A stretch of 63,163 bases of DNA, counting the filler, from Choristocarpus tenellus KU-1152 (Eukaryota; Protista; Phaeophyceae), in the NCBI GenBank assembly GCA_964200185.2. It is 10 parts of 10 records of this genome, joined end to end, with 100 filler letters (N's around TTAATTAATTAA, not from the genome) between each part and the next. Parts side by side here need not be neighbours in the genome. Positions count along the whole stretch, not along the records: positions 35,880 to 52,571 come from CAXNAD020000791.1; positions 52,672 to 57,964 come from CAXNAD020011247.1; positions 58,065 to 63,163 come from CAXNAD020011878.1; 7 more parts are not named here. The stretch is one strand, 5' to 3'. A program made the position numbers and the translations under genes. The notes under the pieces are model-generated. The model had not been told where the DNA came from and did not search any database. It saw only the letters and a list, made by a program, of their open reading frames with translations. Every line of letters begins with the position of its first letter. Position 1 is the first letter of the stretch. Positions 51,401 through 62,314 of this stretch are shown one piece after another.

Positions 51401-52168
51401 CAGTGCCTACTGTTTTTGCTACACCTTATTCATATTGTCACCTCTTTCTTCTAGTGATCTCCCTCCTTCCTCAATTGTTAAGAGTCCCGTACCAATAACT
51501 GTGTTGCCGGAGGTGGTAGCAGTATTGTCAGAAAAAAGGAGAACATATGTCTTCCCTTGTCGGCCACGCACCCAAAAAAGAGATCAGATCTAAGACAAGA
51601 AGAGACAAACCTAAATGAAAAGGTCCATTCTGTGCTGAGCCAAAGCATTTAAGATGGTAGGAGTTTTGTCCTTTTTGTTCGTTTGGGGCTTGGCTTCCCA
51701 CAGAGTTTTTATGCCCATTTTCGGTTTTCTGTGTTAAACAGTCACCCAACTCCAAAAAAATTCGGAGTATGACTATGAAAAGAATGGTGTGCCCAGAGCA
51801 AGGACTATGACACTTGTTAACAGAGATGGCAGTCAAAATTCATCAAAATCGCAACATTGGATTTTGGACCCCAAAAGGACACAGTCCTACCCTCTTAAAT
51901 GCTTTAACTTGCTACATGGACCAGGATGATCCCCCCCTCATCTAACATCGCATCCTACCTGAACACTCATTAGGTGATGCAAACAAAGTTTCAAGCAGAG
52001 ATTCTGCAAGTTCAACAGAAGGCTATGGCAGAAGAAGCTAGTCTTGAGGCCCGGCAGAAGGAAGCAATGGATCTTCGCATCAAGTATGAGGATGCTTTGT
52101 CTGAACTGAGAGAGAGTATGAAGGCTAAAAAAGCAAGTCAGAAGGCTGCATTGGTGGCCAGGATCGAG
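36421..52168 (+). CDS. Large coiled-coil protein, internal multi-exon part (about 23 exons), unknown function
   Basis: Phase-compatible E/K/R/L/A-rich exons bounded by AG and GT/GC, starting at about 36421, 36780, 37325, 38215, 38484, 39342, 39981, 40817, 41741, 42147, 42503, 43099, 43355, 43861, 44731, 44992, 45700, 46399, 46794, 47226, 47750, 48656, 49771, 50167, 51130 and 51974. Recurring motif L..RL..RR (ALEKRLASKRR, RSRLRQRR, SLRGRLRSRRR, KSRLRQRV). Confidence 0.85.
40299..40558 (+). mobile_element. MITE family A, full length (260 bp), perfect 4-bp TSD ATCA, intronic
   Basis: ATCA|GAGCGAAAGTATCTTAGAGGGTA ... TACCCTCTAAGATACTTTGGCTC|ATCA. Confidence 0.96.
44090..44306 (+). mobile_element. 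Old MITE family C, intronic
   Basis: Homologous to 35880-36098. Right end CCCCAAATGAACG...CTCTAAGATGCTATGAGCC. Confidence 0.7.
45428..45613 (-). mobile_element. MITE family B, inverted, intronic
   Basis: GACTCAAAGTAACTGGGG ... CCCCAGATACTTTGAGCC. Flanks TGG/TGA. Confidence 0.93.
51637..51910 (+). mobile_element. Diverged MITE family A, intronic
   Basis: GAGCCAAAGCATTTAAGATGGTAG ... CTACCCTCTTAAATGCTTTAAC. Flank TGCT on both sides. Confidence 0.85.
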
Positions 52169-53015
52169 GTACATTACTGGAAAAGGGACATGTGTGGATA
52201 TGCACATGTCCTACATACTTGGATGGTGGATTGCAGCAAGAAGTGTACAATTATGTGGATTTTCATTGTTTTTTTCCACTGCAGGAGCAAAGACATTGCT
52301 ATTGTACATACCCTAGAAAGGCCAAACTTTGATGATCCAATCACCTCCTCCCCTCACTAGATCTGAAGGGTCGGTACTCCACACACTGTGATGTAATGTG
52401 GCATTTCATTTGTTGACTTATCCTTTGGTTAGAGTAGATTTGATTAAAATCCTGGTGTCAAAATAGCCACAAGAAAAGCAAATGTCACGCCGTGTTTATC
52501 CTTCCATTTCTTGGTCTCACTTAATCCAATGACTCAAATTATCTGGGAGGGGGTGGTGGCTGTCCATTTGGNNNNNNNNNNNNNNNNNNNNNNNNNNNNN
52601 NNNNNNNNNNNNNNNTTAATTAATTAANNNNNNNNNNNNNNNNNNNNNNNNNNNNNNNNNNNNNNNNNNNNCCCCCCCCCAGATACTTTGGTTTGAAAGG
52701 AACCCCCCTGTGTGCGCATGGTAAGGGTACAGTACTATACATAGTACTATTTTTGGACCGCAGTGTGGTACCAGTCTTGGATACTATGTCTTTTGAATGT
52801 TGGTATTTTTCTGACCCCTAACCCTGTAACCGAAAATTCAAACAACCGTGAAGAGTCGGGGGGTTTTTTAGTTCCTCAAATATTTTTTTTGTCTCTCTTG
52901 CACAAAGACGTACGTGTTGTTTTGAAATTAATTTGTTGAACTTTTTCTTTAGTTTTTATTATTATTAAAAACTATTATCATACATTTTTTTTTAATAAAC
53001 TAAATAAAAATTTAG

Positions 53016-55279
53016 GTATGTGGACGACCATGGACAGTTCTGGTCAGTTTGGACACGAGATGTTTTCTCTCAGGCTGCACCCGTTGCAGGATGAAGTGCC
53101 AGGTGCTCAGCTGCTTCGGGTTTGGTCGCAGAGGATGGTTGATGCTGTCAATGATGTCGGTGAGTTGGACTATCGCTAGCAATGGTAATGGTCTTGGTTT
53201 TTGGTTGGGGTTGGGGTTGGGGTTGGAGAGGATAGGTCTATGATGAGGGAGGTTTTTTTTTTTAAGAGATGAGTGGTATGATCATAGTATTTTGCTTTTG
53301 ATGTAAGAGATGGGCGGTATGGTATGGTCATGGGTATTTTTTTTTGGGGGGGGGGATTCAGCAGATGGAATGGGAGTTGTATTTTTTGAAAGTGGCGTGT
53401 TTATATATGCATGTTTTTCTTACCATGATGGAAAATGTAAACATTTTATATCTTTTATTTGTTTTTGGGTTGGTGGTGGGAGCTGTTTGGTGTGGTGGGG
53501 AAGATATGTACCCATCTCTTTTTGTTCTTAATTCTTTGTCCAGGGGGGGGGGGGGGGGGGGGGGGGGGGGATTTGGGGTGGGGGTTGGGGGGGTGGGAAA
53601 TTTACCCACCATTATGTGGGTTTTTTTAACCTTTTAAATTTTTTTTTTNNNNNNNNNNTGTGTTTGTTGGGTGTTGTGGGTTTTTGGTTTGTTTTTTTTG
53701 TTTGTGTTTGTGGTGGGGGTGGTGGGGGGGGGGGGGGGGGGGGGGGTAGCATTAGGGTTAGGGTTAGTAGGCTGTGGAAATTAATCCACCATATATGGGG
53801 TTTCTTAAGCATCTGAAATATTTTATATTTATTTATTCTATTTCGCAAGAATTTTCCCCAAGATATTTCCTGGCATTGCATGTTTGTGGTCGGTGTGTAA
53901 ATCGTAATAGGGTTAGGGCTCGTATCGAATTTGGCTGAGAGTGTAGTATTGTGTTGAAGTGATGTTCTTTTATCTGTGCCTGAGCTGTGTGTGTACCTTC
54001 TGAAGTCAATTTTGGGTACCTCATCTGTGTCAAAGATTGACCTTCCTGACATGCCCTGCAGCGATGGCATCCCACTGGCTCAATGCTTCGTTCAGGCCTT
54101 TTTTTTTCAGTTAGTATGTGTTGCTTTTTGTTGACCTGTGTTTTGTGTTTCTGTGAAGGTGGTCCTCAGTCCACCATGATGAGAGATGTCTTGATACCCT
54201 TGCATTTGCTCTTGTAACTTAAATGTTGGTTTGGGGAATGCAGGCGTCGACATCAATCATGCCTGCGAGTTTGAGCACGCGAAGGGAACACTGCAATTTG
54301 TTGCTGGTCTGGTGAGTTCAAGTCTCTTAATCTCCTTTCCTTTTTCTACCTTTGTAGTTGTAGTTGTAGTAGTAGTAGTAGTAGTAACACTGCAATTTGT
54401 TGCTGGTCTGGGGAGCTCATGTCTCTTATTCTCCTTTCTTTTTCTACTTTTATAGTAGTAGGGGCAATAGTGATTTTATTTGTTGATTGTCGAGAGCTGC
54501 ATTGTTCCGCTTTATTGTATTTTATTTTATTCTCTTCATTGAACTGATTCCTTGCTTCTCTTGTTTATTTTATTTTATTTTTCTCATTGGTGAGTGTTTG
54601 AAAAAATTGAATCTTGTAAACAAAAGTTTTTGAATCTTGTAGCAATATGGGGATGAAAAATTAAGTGAGTATTTTTGTCACAGACGTGATGAAGTGAACA
54701 GATGAATTCTTGATAACCCCTGCTCTATGCGCCTCAGTACTTTTCTACTTGATCCTGGACAAATGCAATAGTACATAAATAATGCTTATTTAGTAAGTAC
54801 TTAGTACTACACTAACATTTTATTTTTTATGTATGTATAGGGTCCGCGGAAGGCGTCTGCCCTGAGGGACAGGATAGGTCCACTGTTGGGAGGCGTTGTC
54901 TCATCTAGGAGACAACTTTTGGGCAAGAAGCTACTGGGTTCATTGGTTTATGTGAATGCGGCTGCATCTCTGCGCATTCGTGCCAGAGGAAAGTGAGTGC
55001 AAGTTATGACCTGGAAGGCATTTATTTTTTGGTGGTGCAGAGGAGATGCGTGCAGTTTTTTTATATTTGAAAAAAACAGTAAAAAAAAAAAATGTTTTTT
55101 GTTTTTTGTATGCTAAGAAGTGTGTGTGTAGTTTGAAAGTTGATATAAGTAGGTGATGTGCAGGGTGTTCATTGTTTGGGAAATAATCATTATATTAGAT
55201 ATTGTTGTGTCATGTTTGGGGAGAGGTGGGGGGGGGGGGGGTGGTGGGGGTGTGGGAAATAAGTTTTATTTGGGGGGGT

Positions 55280-55319
<40 letters not shown>

Positions 55320-57292
55320 GGGAAGGATCTGATCTGTTCTTGTTACTGGTTTGAAAGTGAAATTGTTGTGACTACTATACATACATACATACATATAAAA
55401 CTTGCAAACCTGAACCCTGCTTACTTAACCCAAAGTATCTGGGGGGAGGGTCTATACCAGGGTGTCCATTTGGACCAAAACCAGGAAAAGTGCACTTGCA
55501 TTATCCATCTGACGTATGCAACCAAGTCACCCAAGAATCGCGACATGAAAAAATTTCCCCCAGGTGGACAGCTGCCGCCGCCACCCCCCACCCCCGCCCC
55601 CCGGATACTTTACTTCAAGCCTTTGTAATTTGTTGTTACCATTGATAGTCCTAATTCCTGATCAATTACCATTGATAGTCCTAATTCCTGATCAATTACC
55701 ATTGATAGTCCTAATTCCTAATCAATTACCATTGATAGTCCTAATTCCTGATCAATTACCATTGATAGTCCTAATTCCCGCATCCCCTTTGAACTACCAC
55801 CCCAGGTTGGAGGAGAGAGAAGACTCTAGCCTCGATCCTTTTGACGACACCAGGGTACACCCTGAATGCTACAACACACACGATTGGGCGCAGCGCATTT
55901 GCGCCAACGCCCTCGATGTACAGGTGAATTGATTTTTTAAGGTTTTCGACAGTGTGTTCAGGCGTTTTGAGGAGGAAGAGGAGGAGGAGGGTGGATTTGT
56001 TGTTGTGCTCTCCACGATCAAAATCCCTATCCCTAAATTTTATTTTCTGTTTTTTGGATGCGGTGGAGGGCAGGTGCAAGATGAGTACTTGACCATAGTG
56101 GAGAGTGCTATGGATGATTCCAGGGAGGCATTGGCCAAGGCCATTCGACAGAACATGTGGACGGACCCGAGAAATCCTCCTCACATAGAGGACTCGGTGA
56201 GTGACCTTTTTTTTTGTTCTTATTAATAAAAAAAATATATATATATATATATATAGGGTTAGGGTTAGGTATTTTGGAGTAACCGGCTATTTTTTATGCT
56301 TGCGATTGATAACAATATATTATTAATTTTTTGCGTATCGAAATCGGAATTCTGTAACTGTAATAATTTGTTGTATTTTGGAGTAACCGGCTATTTTTTA
56401 TGCTTGCGATTGATAGTAATATATTATTAATTTTTTTGCGTATCGAAATCGGAATTCTGTAACTGTAATAATTTGTATTTTGGAGTAACCGACTATTTTT
56501 ATGCTCGCGATTGATAATAATATATTTTAAAAAAATTGCGTATCGAAATCGGAATTCTGTAACTTTAATTTGTATTTTGGAGTAACCGACTATTTTTTAT
56601 GCTTGCGATTGATAATAATATATTATTTTTTTTGCGTATCGAAATCGGAATTCTGTAACTATAATAATTTGTATTTTGGAGTAACCGACTATTTTTTATG
56701 CTTGCGATTGATAATAATATATTTATTTATTTTTGCGTATCGAAATCGGAATTCTGTAACTGTAGTAATTTAAATTTATATTATATTTATTGTTTTTGTA
56801 TGTGTTTGTTGGAAGGTGCACACTTTAGACTTGGACTTTTTTGCCAAGGAGCTTGACCAGCGGCAGGGGCAGGGGCAGCGAGCCAAGCAGCTGGAGAGTA
56901 TCAAGGAGGAGATACGGTTCCCATACAGGTGTGATGCATCATTTTATGATAATACCAACTAAAATATTATTTCTATTATTATTATTATTTTGATGTGGTG
57001 ATGGACCGTTTCTTTTTGTTTGTATTTTTATATTTTTATTACGTTATGTATCAGTTCCAGCATTAGGGTTAGGGTTAATCCTGATTGTGTCTCGTGGTTG
57101 TACCATGGCACTGGCTCTCCTAAGATGAATGTTTTGTTTTCTATCGCTGAAATATCGCCCTTTTCTTTTTATTATTTTTTATTGTAAAAAAAAATGGACT
57201 TGTTCAGGGACTGGCGGAAACCCTACAGTGGTCCTACCCCTGATGAGCTCTTTGAGTGGCTCACAGGGGAAACAGATGCTACTCTGAGGGAG
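53016..57292 (+). CDS. SPT6: Transcription elongation factor / histone chaperone SPT6, internal fragment (YqgF end, HhH, DLD, start of S1 region)
   Basis: Phase-consistent exons 53016-53159, 54244-54311, 54841-54992, 55806-55923, 56074-56196, 56816-56928, 57208-57292. They give LRLHPLQDEVP...VDAVNDVGVDINHA...LQFVAGLGPRKA...VYVNAAASLRI...DPFDDTRVHPECY...LDLDFFAKEL...IKEEIRFPYRDWR...FEWLTGETDATL. Confidence 0.93.
55427..55621 (+). mobile_element. MITE family B, intronic in SPT6
   Basis: CCCAAAGTATCTGGGG...GTGTCCATTTGG...CCCCGGATACTT. Confidence 0.9.
55636..55778. repeat. 30-bp tandem repeat, about 4.7 copies
   Basis: TTACCATTGATAGTCCTAATTCCTGATCAA repeated almost perfectly. Confidence 0.95.
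56269..56770. repeat. Tandem repeat of about 100-105 bp, 5 copies, in an SPT6 intron
   Basis: GTATTTTGGAGTAACCG.CTATTTTTTATGCTTGCGATTGATA...TGCGTATCGAAATCGGAATTCTGTAACT repeated five times. Confidence 0.95.
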
Positions 57293-57498
57293 GTCAGTGA
57301 AACTGTTGCTTTAAAAAAGAAAAAAGCTTAAACTTGCAACCTGATTTGATTATATCTCTTTTTTTGGAGGTGGGGGGGGGAAGAGGGGGGGGGTTCATTT
57401 TGATTTTGATTGTTTTAGTGTTGAAATAGTTAACTGATTGTATNNNNNNNNNNACAATTACAACTTTTTTAGTTTGTCGGCTTGTTGTCGTGTGGGGT

Positions 57499-57535
<37 letters not shown>

Positions 57536-57848
57536 CATTTTGATTTTGATTGTTTTAGTGTTGAAATATTTAACTGATTGTATGATGTCTCCTTAGCTGG
57601 GGCGTATAGGGTTGGTTTGTTTGTTTTTTGGAGGTGGGTGTTAACAAAGGCGTTACACAACTGACTACTGCGTTGTGTAAATTTTCTTAATTTTAGGGTT
57701 AGGGATAGTCTCTTCTGTGCAAGTGAAGTTTGTATTTTCATGTTAGGGTTAGGGTTAGGGTTTGTTCTTGATGCCTGCTGCTTCTAATACATGTTACGGC
57801 GTTCTGATCCCTGATATCACATCTTTGTCCTTTCCTACCCTGTTTTCT

Positions 57849-57888
<40 letters not shown>

Positions 57889-58064
57889 TTTTCCTCAGCG
57901 AAGCCGCCCGCGCGGGGGGGGGGGGTGCTTTTGGGGGCGTGCGCCGTAGTCTAAAAAAAAAAAANNNNNNNNNNNNNNNNNNNNNNNNNNNNNNNNNNNN
58001 NNNNNNNNTTAATTAATTAANNNNNNNNNNNNNNNNNNNNNNNNNNNNNNNNNNNNNNNNNNNN

Positions 58065-58250
58065 TCTTGTGAGTGATCTTCTGAGGGATTGCTCTCCCTC
58101 GTGTCTAGTTCTCTCTCCCTTTCCTGCTGTAGCCTCCTGTCTCTCTCCCCCCCTATCCCGTGTGTAGCCAACTCATCCAGAAAACTCTCGACTTGCTTAC
58201 CGAGGCACCCAAAACTTTCCACCGCGATGATGTTGAGGTTACCACTACAA
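58065..58250 (-). mobile_element. 3' fragment of an RLE-type (CRE-like) non-LTR retrotransposon
   Basis: IIAVESFGCLGKQVESFLDELATHGIGG matches the C-terminal restriction-like endonuclease motif (VE.FG..G..A..FL..LA). Confidence 0.75.
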
Positions 58251-58894
58251 TGTATATTATTATGTTCTTTCATTTTACATATGTGTCAGGGGAAAAGTCA
58301 ACTAAATATCTTAATTTGTGAGAGTCATCTTCCAAAGAAGGTATACCCTGAAGGTAACCTATCTTGAATATGATATTTCATACATTTGTTTTTGCATGTT
58401 GAAGGTAAATCTGCTTGAAATAGCTTGTGGTTTGAGGGGACCGTACAACCCCCCCTCATCCTCTTTACCACTTTTTCACTCTCTTGTGAGTGATCTTCTG
58501 AGGGATTGCTCTCCCTCGTGTCTAGTTCTCTCTCCTTTTCCTTGCCTCCTGTGGGTCTTCCCGCTCCCCTTCAGTATGAAGAACCTGTCGGCTTGTTTCC
58601 ATCTGATTCACAAATTTCTTGTTTTTATTTATTTTGTACTGTAGTTATATCATTGTTCCCTCTGGTATTTTAGAGAAGTGTCAAGAGAAAACGCCAAATG
58701 GATATCACAATGACAGATTCTTGGGGATGATTCCCTAGCTCCTCACCCTGTGGTGTAGGGCTCTGCTAGGTTGGAGGCATAGCAGGGGAGTGATGTATTA
58801 TAGCTGGTAGTCAAATAGTTAATAGATTTTAAAGAGATATCTTTTACATTTACGACAACTGTTACTTTTACAGGGGTTCTTAGGATATTGAATG

Positions 58895-59075
58895 GGCTTA
58901 AAGTATCTGGGAGGGGGTGGTGGCTGTCCATTTGGGGTCTATTTTTTTATCTTGCGATTTTGGGGTGATTCGATTGCATACGTCGGATGGATAATGTATG
59001 TGCACTTTTCCTGGTTATGGTCCAAATGGACACCCTGGTGCAGACCCCCCCTCCCCCCCACAGACACTTTGAGTC
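58895..59075 (-). mobile_element. MITE family B, inverted, 3-bp TSD ATG
   Basis: ATG|GGCTTAAAGTATCTGGG ... CAGACACTTTGAGTC|ATG. Confidence 0.93.
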
Positions 59076-59269
59076 ATGGCTTTTTCCTCTAACACATCTA
59101 CAAAGCGTCAGAGGGCATAATACTACGAATCACAACCCTGTAAAAGTAACAGCTTTCGTAAATGTGAAAGATATCTCTCCCAAAACAACTATTTGCACAT
59201 ATATATTTACCTATGGCTTCTTACATTTTCCAGATGTGTCGGGGACTACACGTATTATATTAATCTTCG

Positions 59270-59665
59270 TAGTCATAACCTCAACACCTTCGTGGTGGAA
59301 GGTTTTGGGCACCTCGGTAAGCAAGCGCAAAGTTTTCTGGATGAGCTAGCTACGCGCGCGGTAGGGGTGAGAGGAACTGGAGACTACGACAGGAAAGGGG
59401 CGGTCAAATCCCGCCTACGACCAATAGTCTCTGTAACAACGCAGATAGGCCTGTCTAGATGTGTCGTGCGTTTCAACCTGGAGTCACAAGGGAGATGGGC
59501 AAGGAGGGGCTTGATAGATTCTTGGGATGCTTCCCTAGCCCCTCACCCTGGGTTGCAGGAACAGCTAGGTTGGAGACACAGGAAGGCAGTTGTACAGCAT
59601 AGCTGGTAGTAAAATAGCAAACAGATGATGTCTTTCACATTTATGACAAATTTTACTTCTTTAGG
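59270..59665 (+). mobile_element. 3' fragment plus UTR of an RLE-type (CRE-like) non-LTR retrotransposon; a second UTR copy lies at about 58715-58880
   Basis: TFVVEGFGHLGKQAQSFLDELATRAVG...KSRLRPIVSVTTQIGLSRCV. The UTR GATTCTTGGGATG.TTCCCTAGC.CCTCACCCTG...ATAGCTGGTAGT is shared with 58715-58880. Confidence 0.78.
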
Positions 59666-60091
59666 GATTTTTCTGACATGTTAATAGTTTACATTGTTTT
59701 TTCCCCTGAAACATCTGCAAAATGTCAGAGGGCATCATAATAAGAATATTATACTATCATATTATGTCTCCACTGACATTTTGGGGATGTGTTGAGAAAA
59801 AAACGTTTGACTGTGTTACAAGCACTACCCCTTTAAATAGTACATATATATGTCCAGAAAAGGCAACAAAGACCATAATAGAACAACAAATCCATAGTGT
59901 GGAAGGAAAAGAGAAAATAAGAGAAGAAATATAAAAAGGAAGAACAGAAACTGCAGGAGAAAAACACCATCACCAAAGAAAACGAAATAAGGGAAAGAGT
60001 ATACAAAAAATGAACGAAGGATACAAGAGAATAAACCCACGAAAAAAACAACGCTCAGCAGGTAGTGACTGGTGGTGGTCGTGTTGGTGGT

Positions 60092-60146
60092 TTAGGCGAC
60101 CTTAGCTGATTTAGGCGACCTTAGCTGATTTAGGCGACCTTAGCTG
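60092..60146. repeat. Short tandem repeat of about 19-20 bp, 3 copies
   Basis: TTTAGGCGACCTTAGCTGA repeated. Confidence 0.9.
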
Positions 60147-60156
60147 CTGCGTTGGT

Positions 60157-61060
60157 GTGACATGTATAAACTATCACAACTGCCTACTTGGAAATGCCAT
60201 TCGGCCAATGAACCTTTTTGTTGTGCTGTCAGCCACACAATCAAACCAATCCTGTCGATTAGTGACTCTAGTGCTCCAACTCTTTGATTCCAATCAGAAA
60301 TTTGTTAAGGTTGTCTTGGATGCCTGTTCCCCACTTGTTTTCCTGTCCAAGTTGCTTCCGTTTTTTCTATTCGCAAGCTCTTCAAACATCAATATCTTGG
60401 GAGGTCGCTCATCCCCCATGCGAGCAACTGACCCAGTAAATCGGAGTCTCCGCCTTCGCACTGTTAGCTCAGTACTCTCACACATAGTCATTCATAAGAG
60501 TATCTTTCGTAGGATTGGACATGATCGATTCGCTCCCATTGGTGGAAACCTATGAGCAAATTCAATTGAGAGGTATGCAGGGTACGCAGGGTTGCGTTTT
60601 AAGGATCATGAGAAAGGGTAAAACTCATCGTTTTGAACAATTGCAGAAAAAGCCTTAACTCTGGTGTCACTTTGAGTGTGGAAAGGGGGGATATCAATTT
60701 TGCGTAAACTATTGCGCACGTAATACAATGAAAAAGATAATATTGCACACAGTAAGAAAGACGGCTCAGAATGTGCAAAAGGTCAAAGCTGCCTAACCTT
60801 TCAACTCATTTGGCTCATCATCACCACAAATAATTATCCTCCCCTCCATGGTGTGAACGGAGCTTCAGATAATCAGCCTGTCGAAGTGTCTATGTCATAC
60901 ACCATTCAACAGAAAACCGAGTACTTCAGCTTTCAGCATTCTAATCTTAAGCTCAAGTGAGATATGTGGGGCCCTGTTATAAAAAAACTTGGCTGTATCT
61001 GAGTAAACAACACCAAGCTTTCTGAATCCTCCGGACCATATCACTAGTAATATTAGCGGT
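60157..61060 (-). mobile_element. RTE-clade LINE 3' remnant, interrupted at about 60610-60885
   Basis: SLELKIRMLKAEVLGFLLNG (LLYG-like), IGF...DHVQSY and CESTELTVRRRRLRFTGSVARMGDERPPKILMF are typical post-RT motifs of RTE elements. Confidence 0.8.
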
Positions 61061-61176
61061 ATTATAACTACTGATAATTGCAGTGCACAAGATAACTCCC
61101 CCTTCTTCGGAAGACACCACAATATATTATTTTTCACTTTTGGAATGCTTTTTCGAAAACCTAGCCCTAACCCCAA

Positions 61177-61356
61177 GGCTCAAAGTATCTGGGGGGGAGG
61201 GGGGGCTCTACACCAGGGTGTCCATTCGCGCTCTGACCAAAGAAAAGTGCACTTACATTATCTATCCGACGCATGCAATCAAATCACCCAAAAATGGTGA
61301 TATGAAAAAATGGGTTCCAAATGAACAGCCGCCACCCCCCCCAGATAATTTGACCC
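61177..61356 (+). mobile_element. MITE family B, full length (180 bp), 3-bp TSD CAA
   Basis: CAA|GGCTCAAAGTATCTGGGG ... CCCCAGATAATTTGACCC|CAA. Confidence 0.94.
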
Positions 61357-62314
61357 CAAATGTAGCTGTGACCTCGTATCCCTAGTTTGTGTGTGAAAGA
61401 TATACATAACTAGGCAAGAAAATATTATGAGAGAAGTTTAATAGGATGATGCAGCAGTACGTACTGTGTACACTGGGGAAGCACCACGTCTCAAAGATCC
61501 ACATCTGCTTATCATCTCTTTTTCACCTTTTCACAAATATTTTCGAAAACCTAACTCTGACCCTGGCCCTAACCCTGACCTGTGCGTGAAAATAACCCAC
61601 AAACCTTCGTTTGAAGCGAAGAAAATGTGACGCTTGTAGTTCTCTATGACAGTGATTCCCCTGTGCACCCCAACGTTGGGGGAACCATGTAGTGCACTGG
61701 GGAATCTCCGTCTTGTGCAACCACCACTGAAATACTTATTTTGAGGAGAGGGTTAGGGTTTCGAAAATGAGCGCGAAAAAGAAAAAAAAACATTCCAGTG
61801 GTGGTTCCCCAACACAGGGCGGTGTCCCTCTGGTTCCAGGCCTGCGAATGGACTCTTAGGTTTTTGTGGTGTATTTGTTTTTACTCCGGAGTATGTTATA
61901 GCTATGTGTTGCATGTGTTTAACTTGTTGCATATTATCAGAAGTTAGAAATAGCAGGGAGGAGGTATGTCGACAACCATTCCATAAGAATCCACAACAGA
62001 AAGTGGCAAGTATCATTATTATATTCAAGGGACTGCACACCCAGATAGTTTGTCTGGATAGCTTCAGTCAATTAATTTAATTCGTCACCAGATCCTACAG
62101 TGGTTGTGTTGCAGGAGCCCGTCATGGCTTGAGCACTCTCCTCCACATCGTTTCCAAATCAACACAGAACGAACATTTAAAGCCAAAAACAAAACATTAT
62201 CATGCCTCCAACACAGGTCAACAGAACTTCCGGCAACATGGGGAATTGTTAAAGCAAGTTGCTACTTTGCTTGACATCAGATTAATCTCTGTCCCAAGCA
62301 ACTTGTAGCGTACC

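Noticed and set aside
56269-56770. CRISPR-like array with variable spacers
   Set aside because: The variable part is only an A/T slippage tract within otherwise identical units of about 102 bp inside an SPT6 intron.
57393-57585. Direct repeat of about 50 bp flanked by poly-G
   Set aside because: The copies flank a 10-N scaffold gap, so this is most likely an assembly overlap artefact.
53540-57890. Long poly-G/poly-C tracts as G-quadruplex elements or poly-Gly/Pro ORFs
   Set aside because: They are intronic, adjacent to gaps and may be inflated by sequencing artefacts. Function cannot be supported.
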